A stretch of DNA of 27,495 nucleotides from a virus. Its lineage: Duplodnaviria; Heunggongvirae; Uroviricota; Caudoviricetes. The stretch is taken from the IMG/VR virus record IMGVR_UViG_3300021318_000003, positions 1 through 27,495 of that record; one strand, written 5' to 3'. Below the pieces are notes generated by a model. The model was not told where the DNA came from, did no database searches, and saw only the letters and a program-made list of their open reading frames with translations. Position numbers and translations under genes: made by a program. This document shows, in pieces, positions 18,002-25,281 of this stretch (its first letter is position 1; each line of letters starts with the position of its first letter).

Positions 18002-20260
18002 ATGATTACTTCTAATTTCCCTTCCGGCGCTGGCGGCGGCGGAGGCGGCGTAACGCTTGCACCGTGCTCCGGCATCACGACGCTGGTGAGCCACGGCAAG
18101 GTATATGTCAAGTGGACTGACCCAGCAGACGTGGTGGTCGGCGGCACGACGCTTGCCGAGTGGAAAGGCACCATCCTCGTCCGCAAGGCGGGCAGTGCTC
18201 CCGTGAGCCGCCGCGATGGTACGGTCGTGGTGGACTCCAAGACGCGCAGCGCCTATCAGAACACCTATTTTACCGATTCCGGCCTGACGGACGGCACAAC
18301 CTATTACTACAAGCTGTTCCCGTATACGACCACGGGGACTTACACCGACGATCCCGCCGACGAGTTCAACGCGATGCCGGAGGCGATCAAGGTCGGCAAT
18401 GTGAGTTCCATGAGCGCGGTCGCGGCCGGCAACGGCAAGCTCGCGATCGAGTGGACTGACCCTGCGGCGACGGTCGTGCAGGACGGCGTGACGCTCGCAA
18501 CGTGGGGCAGCACGAAGGTCGTCGTCAAGGCCGGTTCCTATGCGACCGATCCGGACGACCCCGACGCGGCGTGGAGCTTTACCAGCAACACGCGCAACGC
18601 TTACGCTTCGACGCCGCTGACGGCAACGGGGCTGACCAACGGCACGACGTACTATGTGACGTTCTTCCCGACAAGCACGGAGGGCGCGGTCAACACCAAC
18701 ACCGCGAACCGCACGAGCGGCACGGCTGACAGACTCACCATCGCGACGGTGCCGTCCCAGAGCGGGACGCTGACCTATGACGGCACCTCGCAGACGCCGA
18801 TGTGGGCGGATGAGGACGCCACGAAGATGACCAAGACCGAGATCGGGCAGACGAACGCCGGCACCTACAACACCACGAGCTTTACGCCGAAGGACGACTA
18901 TAAGTGGTCTGACGGCACGACCTCCGCCAAGACGCCGGATTGGACGATCGGTAAAGTGACGCCGACCGTTACCGCGCCGACCAAGGCAAGCGACACGACA
19001 TACGACGGCAGCGCGCACGCGCTTCTCGCCACGGACGGTTCCACCAACTACGGCACGCTGCAGTACAAGGTCAATTCCGGATCGTGGGCGGCTACCAGTC
19101 CGTCCGAGACGGCAGCCGGCGATTACGCCGTGAGCTATCGCGTTGTGGGCGACAGCAATGTCAACGACGTCGCGGCGGTGAGTGTCGGAACCGTGACGAT
19201 CGCGAAGAAGACTGGTACATTGACGGTGAGCAAGAGCACGATCACGCTCAACGCGAGCAAGCTCACGGATACGTTTACGATCGGAGGCGAGCACGATGGT
19301 ACGGTCAGCGTGCAGTCCAGCGACACGACCGTCGCGACGGTTTCCAAGAGCGGCAACACCGTGACGGTGACGAGTCAGAATGGCAAAAGCGGAACGGTTA
19401 CTGTGACGTGCAGCGTTACCGGCTGCACGAACTACACCACGCCGAGCGATAAGACCGTGACGGTCAACGCGCAGTTCCTTCCGGTGGCGTACACATCCGC
19501 CCAGGCAGGCGTTACTTATACCAACGGTCTGTCCGGTTTGACCGATGCGCAGATCAGCGAGATCGCAAACGGCATCTCCAACAACTCCGCCATCAACAGC
19601 AATACGAGCGAGGTGTGGGTGAGTGTTTATAACCGCCACATCTCTATCGGCGATACTATCAGCTACACGCTTTCCGGTACGAGCTACTCATTCCGCGTGA
19701 TGGGCTTCAACCACTACGCTCTGACGAGCGCGACCGCATACGGTTCGGCTACCACTACGGGCAAGGCCGGCATCCTCATGCAGATGGTGGACTGCTTCAA
19801 CACCACGCAGAAGATGAAAGCGAGCATGGCGAGTACAGACGGCTGGCACAACTCCGACCTTCGGACGTGGATGAGCGGTACGATGCTCGGCTACTTCCCG
19901 TCGAGCGCGCAGAACGCCATCAAGCAGGTCAACGTTTCTACGGCGAAGGACGTTTCCACGGCGACGCTCAACACGACGGCGGATAAGCTCTTCCTGCCTG
20001 CCGAGGTGGAGGTCTTCGGATCTGCCACTTACGCCAAGGGCGGAACGAACGAGGGTACGCGCTATGCGTGGTACAAGGCCAATGATACGGCTGCCAATCG
20101 CGTGAAGAAGGTCAATGGTTCCGCGAACTACTGGTGGGAGCGTTCCCCGACTACCTGGGACGGCAGCACCTCGTATTTCTGCATTGTCTACAGCGGCGGC
20201 GACGCCGCCATTTACTACGCGAGTGGCGCCAATGGCGTCGCGCCCTGCTTCAATTTTTAA
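18002..20260 (+). CDS. DGR target 2: multi-Ig/FN3-like adhesin with C-terminal variable (predicted C-type-lectin-fold) domain
   Basis: 752 aa from ATG 18002 (AAGGAGG at 17985-17991; track start 17897); two FN3-like repeats (WTDP...GLT[DN]GTTYY), TYDG repeats, Big-2-like 'SSDTTVATV', C-terminal WWERSP...GVAPCF carrying VR2. Confidence 0.9.
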   Translation: MITSNFPSGAGGGGGGVTLAPCSGITTLVSHGKVYVKWTDPADVVVGGTTLAEWKGTILVRKAGSAPVSRRDGTVVVDSKTRSAYQNTYFTDSGLTDGTTYYYKLFPYTTTGTYTDDPADEFNAMPEAIKVGNVSSMSAVAAGNGKLAIEWTDPAATVVQDGVTLATWGSTKVVVKAGSYATDPDDPDAAWSFTSNTRNAYASTPLTATGLTNGTTYYVTFFPTSTEGAVNTNTANRTSGTADRLTIATVPSQSGTLTYDGTSQTPMWADEDATKMTKTEIGQTNAGTYNTTSFTPKDDYKWSDGTTSAKTPDWTIGKVTPTVTAPTKASDTTYDGSAHALLATDGSTNYGTLQYKVNSGSWAATSPSETAAGDYAVSYRVVGDSNVNDVAAVSVGTVTIAKKTGTLTVSKSTITLNASKLTDTFTIGGEHDGTVSVQSSDTTVATVSKSGNTVTVTSQNGKSGTVTVTCSVTGCTNYTTPSDKTVTVNAQFLPVAYTSAQAGVTYTNGLSGLTDAQISEIANGISNNSAINSNTSEVWVSVYNRHISIGDTISYTLSGTSYSFRVMGFNHYALTSATAYGSATTTGKAGILMQMVDCFNTTQKMKASMASTDGWHNSDLRTWMSGTMLGYFPSSAQNAIKQVNVSTAKDVSTATLNTTADKLFLPAEVEVFGSATYAKGGTNEGTRYAWYKANDTAANRVKKVNGSANYWWERSPTTWDGSTSYFCIVYSGGDAAIYYASGANGVAPCFNF
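20116..20251 (+). repeat. DGR variable repeat VR2
   Basis: 136-bp ungapped match to 20803-20938; 19 mismatches, each opposite a TR adenine. Confidence 0.97.
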
Positions 20261-20277
20261 TCTATTATCTAAGTCCA

Positions 20278-20301
20278 TCCCGCCCCTCCTATGGGGCGGG
20301 A
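20278..20301 (+). other. DGR target-recognition hairpin 2
   Basis: TCCCGCCCC-tcctat-GGGGCGGGA (9 bp), 17 nt after the target stop. Confidence 0.8.
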
Positions 20302-20320
20302 GAGGGCGTAGGAGAGATCT

Positions 20321-20749
20321 ATGTCAGTTATCAAGTCCAAAAGAAACGAAAGCTCTATGCAGTTTATCCAAACCGCAAAAGAGCTTGAGGCGTTTGCGCT
20401 TTCGGTTTGCATCAAAGCGCCGAAACGCTATGCGCCCTATCTGACGGAGAAGATTTTCGCGCTTGCTTCAACGGTGCATGACGAGGTTCGCGCCGCGAAC
20501 AATATCATTCCGCTGAACAAGCACGAGGCTCAGATGCGCCGCGACCACCTGATCGCCGCGAACTGCGCCCTCCAAAATCTTGATCCAAAGCTGCAGCTTC
20601 TCTACGACGCGATCTTGCAGAATCCCGAAAAGTTCCCGTGGGTAGATCACGCGATGGAACAGTTCGGCAAGTATATCGCCGAGGAAGCGAAGCTGATCGC
20701 AAAGGTCAAACAGGCAGACAGAGCGCGCTACGCAAATCTGCCCGATTGA
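20321..20749 (+). CDS. avd: DGR accessory variability determinant (Avd-like) 2
   Basis: 142 aa; MSVIKSKRNES...PKRY...ANNI...RRDHL pattern of Avd four-helix bundles; between target and TR. Confidence 0.85.
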   Translation: MSVIKSKRNESSMQFIQTAKELEAFALSVCIKAPKRYAPYLTEKIFALASTVHDEVRAANNIIPLNKHEAQMRRDHLIAANCALQNLDPKLQLLYDAILQNPEKFPWVDHAMEQFGKYIAEEAKLIAKVKQADRARYANLPD

Positions 20750-20802
20750 TACCATTCAGGACAAGCTCTGAATCGTTACGATGTGGTCTGACAGCCTGCC
20801 CG

Positions 20803-20938
20803 TGGTTCCGCGAACTACTGGTGGGAGCGTTCCCCGAATAACTGGAACGGCAGCAACTCGAATTTCTGCAATGTCAACAGCAACGGCAACACCAACAATA
20901 ACAACGCGAGTAACGCCAATGGCGTCGCGCCCTGATTC
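20803..20938 (+). ncRNA. DGR template repeat TR2
   Basis: Non-coding; 16 AAC/AAT codons in the VR frame (GSANYWWERSPNNWNGSNSNFCNVNSNGNTNNNNASNANGVAP*F); 39 adenines. Confidence 0.95.
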
Positions 20939-21234
20939 CATAAGCAAACAGTCAAGAAAAGTAACCGAATACGGCGAATGAGCACTTTTATGGAAGGAGA
21001 GCTTGATCCTTGCCGCAAGGCTAAACATGCCTCTCGATGCCTCTGACCGGACGCTGCCGATCGCGTAAGGAACGCGCGCTCGGCACGCCACGCGGTAAAA
21101 ATGCGTGGTGTGCTTGCATGGCGGAGGTAAGTGCGTATATCCGTTTCATGGTCACTGAGGCTACGCAGCTATCGCGCGCACATTTTTCCAGCTGTACGGG
21201 AGGCAAAAGAACCCAGAAAAGGGAGATCGAATAC

Positions 21235-22389
21235 ATGACAAGTGAAGAAAGACGCGAAGCGCGTTACCGCAGGCGTAAGGCTAAACGGGATGAGCAACGC
21301 TTCGCGCGGAGCAAAGCGTGCGGAACGATGGACGAAGTGTTCTCGTTCCGTCATCTTTATCTGTCCGGCAAGAAATCGGCGAAAAACGTCCGATGGAAGG
21401 CATCTACGCAAAAGTATCTGAGCAACCTGATCGTCAACTCGGCGCGTTCCAGACAAGCGATCCTGGACGGCACGTTCCGCCACGGGAAATTCTACTGCTT
21501 CGATCTGGTGGAGCGAGGGAAGCTGCGGCATATCCGAAGCGTCCACATTACGGAGCGCGTCGTGCAGAAGTGCCTTTGCGACTACTGCATCGTTCCGTCG
21601 TTTTCCGGCGCGTTCATCTATGACAATACCGCGAGCCTCCAAAATCGAGGTATGGACTTCGCGCTGCGGCGCTTTGAGCGGCATCTGAAGGAGTATTACC
21701 GCAAGCACGGGCGTGACGGATGGGTACTGTTCTACGATTTCCACGACTACTTCAACCTCGCCGCGCACGAGCCGCTTTTCGCTGAGTCCAAGAGGCGGCT
21801 CTACTACGATGACGTTCGCAGATTATCCGATGGATTTATCAGCGATTTCCATGATTGCGGGCTGGGGCTTGGCAGTCAGGTGTCGCAGACGAACGCGCTT
21901 TTGCTACCGAGCGCGCTTGACCACTTCTGTAAGGAGCAGCTTGGCATACGCGGATATGGCAGGTATATGGACGACGGGCATTTGATCCACGAAAGCCGCG
22001 AGTATCTGGAATATTGCTATCGGATGCTTACGGAAAAGGCAGCAGAATCCAAGATTGAATTGAATCACAAGAAAACGAAGATCGTCCCGCTTCGGCGGGG
22101 CGTTTTCTTTCTCAAGACGAAGTTCACGCTTGACGAGAACGGGCGCGTCTACATCAGGATGCGCCGCAGGGCGACGATCATCATGCGGCGCAAGCTGCGG
22201 AAGTTCAAAGGCCGGATCGCTGACGGGCTGATGACGTATGACGATCTCAGATGCGCGTATAACAGCTATCTCGGACACATGAAGCGTGGGGACAGCTTCC
22301 GGATCATGGAACAGACCAACCAGTATTTCAAAACTTTGTTCGGGTTCTATCCGAACAGGAAAGGATGGGAGACAGTATGTACGAAGTGA
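21235..22389 (+). CDS. DGR reverse transcriptase 2
   Basis: 384 aa from ATG 21235 (GGGAG RBS; track start 21037); N-terminus MTSEERREARYRRRK; ERVVQKCL, YDFHDYF, LGSQVSQ and YGRYMDD motifs. Confidence 0.95.
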   Translation: MTSEERREARYRRRKAKRDEQRFARSKACGTMDEVFSFRHLYLSGKKSAKNVRWKASTQKYLSNLIVNSARSRQAILDGTFRHGKFYCFDLVERGKLRHIRSVHITERVVQKCLCDYCIVPSFSGAFIYDNTASLQNRGMDFALRRFERHLKEYYRKHGRDGWVLFYDFHDYFNLAAHEPLFAESKRRLYYDDVRRLSDGFISDFHDCGLGLGSQVSQTNALLLPSALDHFCKEQLGIRGYGRYMDDGHLIHESREYLEYCYRMLTEKAAESKIELNHKKTKIVPLRRGVFFLKTKFTLDENGRVYIRMRRRATIIMRRKLRKFKGRIADGLMTYDDLRCAYNSYLGHMKRGDSFRIMEQTNQYFKTLFGFYPNRKGWETVCTK

Positions 22390-22706
22390 AGAAGAATGGC
22401 GAGACCATCGCTCTTGTTGACAAGCCCTCGTGGATCAAGCGCCTTGTCAACGGGGATATGGGACTCACCACGAAGGAGCACGCCACGGGTATCGCCATTT
22501 CTCTTGGTGTGTTCTCTCTCGGCAAGAGCCGCGACATGGAGGATCTTGACGAAGTGACACTCAACGAGTACGACGCCGGCAAGACTATCGGCGAGCACGG
22601 CGAGAGCATCGCGGAACTGGAAGCCGCCGTGTGTGAATCCGACGAGGCAAATGAGGCATGGAAGGCTGAGATCGAGGCCGCTCTGTGCGAAATGGATATG
22701 GGTTAA
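22377..22706 (+). CDS. Hypothetical protein, possible fibre assembly chaperone
   Basis: 109 aa (alternative start 22365), overlaps the RT2 stop; acidic coiled-coil C-terminus. Chaperone role is inferred from position. Confidence 0.6.
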   Translation: MYEVKKNGETIALVDKPSWIKRLVNGDMGLTTKEHATGIAISLGVFSLGKSRDMEDLDEVTLNEYDAGKTIGEHGESIAELEAAVCESDEANEAWKAEIEAALCEMDMG

Positions 22707-22727
22707 AAAGAAAGAGAGGGTATGATT

Positions 22728-22916
22728 ATGGCTATTTCTGCTATGGCACGCATTTGGGCGAACCGTCTTGAGGCGGGCAATTTCACTTGGGACGACGTTC
22801 CGCAGAGCCGCAAGGCCGACGTCAAGACCGTTCTGCGCGGTGACGTTGAGACTGGCAAGAACGGCATGACCGCCGAGCGCTACGAGGAGATCGTCGGTGA
22901 GCCGTATGAGGCGTAA
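22728..22916 (+). CDS. Small XkdX/CD1375-like protein
   Basis: 62 aa (alternative start 22722); 'ARIWANRLEAGNFTWDDVPQSRKADVKTVL' resembles small post-fibre phage proteins. Confidence 0.55.
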   Translation: MAISAMARIWANRLEAGNFTWDDVPQSRKADVKTVLRGDVETGKNGMTAERYEEIVGEPYEA

Positions 22917-22919
22917 CGC

Positions 22920-23078
22920 ATGAGCAATCTGCAAATTATCGAAGAGCTGAGCAAGATCTGCGAGATGCAGAACCGCATCATCAAGGAACAGGCAAAGGCT
23001 CTCGAACAGCTTGGCGCAACTGTTCTGGAGGACGAACGCGCCGAGGTCAACGAGCGGTTTTCCAGACTGCTCGATTAA
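22920..23078 (+). CDS. Hypothetical 52-aa protein (MSNLQIIEELSKICEMQNRII...)
   Basis: Read by hand (below track cut-off); GAGG upstream, 3 nt after the previous stop. Confidence 0.65.
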   Translation: MSNLQIIEELSKICEMQNRIIKEQAKALEQLGATVLEDERAEVNERFSRLLD

Positions 23079-23146
23079 GGATAAGCGACTGGCGCGGGAG
23101 AAATCCCGCGCCTCGCGCGTTCCAAAAACGGGGAGGAGGCGAGACT

Positions 23147-23971
23147 ATGAACAAAAAGCCCGTTTACTATATGCAGACCGATGGAAGATGGAGCGGTAAG
23201 CGCTATCCCTGCATCGGCGGCACTATGAGCATCGGCGGAGGCGGCTGCGGCGAAACCAGCGCCGCCATGCTGATCGCCACACTGATCGGGCGCGATGTGT
23301 TTCCGACTGAGACGATGGAATGGGCGTGCGCGAACAACTACGTCGTAGCGGAGCAGGGTACGAGTTATCAGCCGCGCGATTACTTCGTAGAGCAGTTCAA
23401 GCAGTATGGGCTTAAATGCGAACGGCTCACAAACGAGGTTTGCATGAACCGCAACAGCCCCGTGCGTGAGAAAGTCATTCGTAAGCTCGAAGAAGGCAAC
23501 TACATCATCGCGTTGATGAAACCGAAATCCGTTGATCCTTTCATTCGGGGGACGTGGACTGGCGGCGGTCACTTCATTGTGGTGTGGTGGGCGGACAACA
23601 AGATCCGGATCAACGATCCGGCAAGCACGTCCGACCGGCGCACCAATGGCGATCCCGACACGTTTTTCTCGGAGGCTAAGTATTTTTGGGTGATCGACGC
23701 GAAATCTCACAACAAAGGAGATGAGTTGGATATGACGAAGAAGGAATTTTTGGCAAGTCTGACGCCGGAGGAAAAGGCGGAGATCGTGAACGGCGCGCAG
23801 GAGTATTTTGCCACGCAGGATCTTCCGAAATGGGCTGAGGCGGAGATGGAGGAGGCAAAAAGGCTCGGCATTACGGACGGCACGCGCCCGATGCAGCTCA
23901 TCCCGCGCTATCAGGCGGCAATTATGGCGAAGCGCGCCATGATGGATGGCAAGAAGCTCAATCTGGGCTGA
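23147..23971 (+). CDS. Endolysin, C39-like (papain-fold) peptidase with C-terminal SLH-like region
   Basis: 274 aa; QTDGRW, GCG (Cys), GHF (His), NDP (Asp); C-terminal 'LPKWAEAEMEEAKRLGITDGTRPMQLIPRYQAAIM'; GGAGGAGG RBS; lysis-module position. Confidence 0.75.
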   Translation: MNKKPVYYMQTDGRWSGKRYPCIGGTMSIGGGGCGETSAAMLIATLIGRDVFPTETMEWACANNYVVAEQGTSYQPRDYFVEQFKQYGLKCERLTNEVCMNRNSPVREKVIRKLEEGNYIIALMKPKSVDPFIRGTWTGGGHFIVVWWADNKIRINDPASTSDRRTNGDPDTFFSEAKYFWVIDAKSHNKGDELDMTKKEFLASLTPEEKAEIVNGAQEYFATQDLPKWAEAEMEEAKRLGITDGTRPMQLIPRYQAAIMAKRAMMDGKKLNLG

Positions 23972-23987
23972 TCGGCAGGTGGGCGAT

Positions 23988-24338
23988 ATGGCAAAGAGAA
24001 GCACAAGCGTCCAAAAGAAAGCGCTGGAATTTTCCAAAAAGTGCATTGACGATATGGTGCCGCTGCTGTGGATCGTCACGGTAGGCGGCTTTTTGCTGGC
24101 TTTTTTGTGCGCGATTCTGCGCTTCGACGCCGCGTTTCCGTGGATCGCGGCGCTTGTTGGTCTTCCGTACAGCGCGTACGGCACGGCCTGTTCGTTCTAC
24201 ATGAACCTCGCGAAGTCCGATCATCGCGGCGCGGACGGCGCTGGCATCACGTTCGCTGCTGCGCAAGCGCGCAACTTCATGCCGGTCGTCGAGGATTCGC
24301 AGATATTGGACGACGATAACAGCAAAGAGAGCATTTGA
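23988..24338 (+). CDS. Two-TM membrane protein, holin-like
   Basis: 116 aa from ATG 23988 (AGGTGG RBS); hydrophobic LLWIVTVGGFLLAFLCAIL and PWIAALVGLPYSAYG; basic N-terminus. Confidence 0.55.
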   Translation: MAKRSTSVQKKALEFSKKCIDDMVPLLWIVTVGGFLLAFLCAILRFDAAFPWIAALVGLPYSAYGTACSFYMNLAKSDHRGADGAGITFAAAQARNFMPVVEDSQILDDDNSKESI

Positions 24339-24394
24339 ATAAGGGTGCGGTATTCTACCGGATGCTGTTGCCCGAAGGAAAGAGAGGGATGAAC

Positions 24395-24763
24395 ATGGAG
24401 GAAGTCAAGCTGGTTCTGAGTCTGATCGCGTCGATCGCCGCAAGTTTGACCGCCGTGATCACGCTCATTTATGAGCTGGTCAAGTACGTCAAGAAGGCGA
24501 CGAAGGAGAAGAACTGGTCGCGCATGATGGATCTTGTCATCAACCTGATGGCAGAGGCGGAGCAGAAGCTCGCGAGTGGCGCAGATCGCAAGGAATGGGT
24601 TTTGGCGATGGTAAAGGCTGCGGCCGAGTCCATCAACTACGAGGTGGATCTTGATGCAATCGGCAAGCTCATTGACGACATGTGCGAGATGAGCAAGATC
24701 GTAAATGCGCAGACGTCCGCTGTTCCTGCATTGGGCGGCGAAGAAACGGATGGTGCGGCATGA
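24395..24763 (+). CDS. Putative holin (LL-H-like, single N-terminal TM)
   Basis: 122 aa (alternative ATG 24389); TM LVLSLIASIAASLTAVITLIY, then 'AEAEQK...GADRKEWV' as in LL-H-type holins. Confidence 0.65.
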   Translation: MEEVKLVLSLIASIAASLTAVITLIYELVKYVKKATKEKNWSRMMDLVINLMAEAEQKLASGADRKEWVLAMVKAAAESINYEVDLDAIGKLIDDMCEMSKIVNAQTSAVPALGGEETDGAA

Positions 24764-25224
24764 TTGAGAATATCTGTGCATGGGCGACTGCGCATTTGGG
24801 CGGCATTATCGCTCTGACCGCGTTTCTCGGTTCGATCGGCATTGAGGTGTCCAAGGTCAAGTTCAGTCCGTGGTCTTGGCTTGGGAAAAAGGTTGGCAAG
24901 CTCATCAACGGCGACGTTATCACGGAGCTTGACGGCGTGAAGAAGGATATTGGCGAGATCAAGGAGCAGAACGCGCAGCAGAACGCGCAGCGCGATCTCG
25001 ACAGGGCGCTTGACGCACGACGGCGCATCCTGCGCTTTGCTGACGAGATCCGTCGCGGTGATCGGCACTCGCACGAGCACTTTGACAACATTCTGGAGGA
25101 CATCAGCAACTATGTGAAATATTGTGACGAGCATCCGAACTTCCAGAACGAAAAGGCGCGCGTGAGCATCAAGATCATTGAGGACGTCTATGAGAAATGC
25201 GCGCGTGAGAACGATTTTCTGTAA
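24760..25224 (+). CDS. Conserved phage membrane protein of the lysis region
   Basis: 154 aa, ATGA overlap with the holin stop; N-terminal TM, 'KVKFSPWSWLGK' and 'RRRILRFADE...EHF..IL..I..Y..YC..HP.F.N.KA'. Confidence 0.7.
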   Translation: MIENICAWATAHLGGIIALTAFLGSIGIEVSKVKFSPWSWLGKKVGKLINGDVITELDGVKKDIGEIKEQNAQQNAQRDLDRALDARRRILRFADEIRRGDRHSHEHFDNILEDISNYVKYCDEHPNFQNEKARVSIKIIEDVYEKCARENDFL

Positions 25225-25237
25225 GGCTGAAAAGATT

Positions 25238-25281
25238 TAGGGGAGAGGTTGGCATTGCGCCGGCTTCTCCCCTATTTTTTT
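25238..25281 (+). terminator. Rho-independent terminator ending the late operon
   Basis: TAGGGGAGAGGTTGGC-attgc-GCCGGCTTCTCCCCTA followed by T7. Confidence 0.85.

Larger units (their letters stand above)
18002..22389 (+). mobile_element. Diversity-generating retroelement 2 (target-VR2, hairpin, avd, TR2, spacer, RT)
   Basis: Second complete set of DGR components; TR/VR mismatches only at adenines. Confidence 0.97.

Noticed and set aside
8549-19639. Long minus-strand ORFs (8549-10795, 11490-12779, 16279-18240, 17801-19639)
   Set aside because: They span several well-supported plus-strand genes and their intergenic gaps; shadow ORFs.
15933-20981. Small ORFs over the TRs (e.g. 16009-16254, 20781-20981, 20815-21018)
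   Set aside because: They overlap the template repeat and spacer RNA, lack RBSs, and are low-complexity by-products of AAC runs.
16276-22389. RTs as group II intron, retron or Abi/defence RTs
   Set aside because: No maturase/endonuclease extension or intron context; GxxxSQ motif, adjacent Avd and adenine-specific TR/VR pairs identify DGRs.
24389-24397. Lambda-S-type holin/antiholin dual start
   Set aside because: Met-Asn-Met lacks the basic residue of the classic motif, and only the second ATG is well spaced from the RBS.
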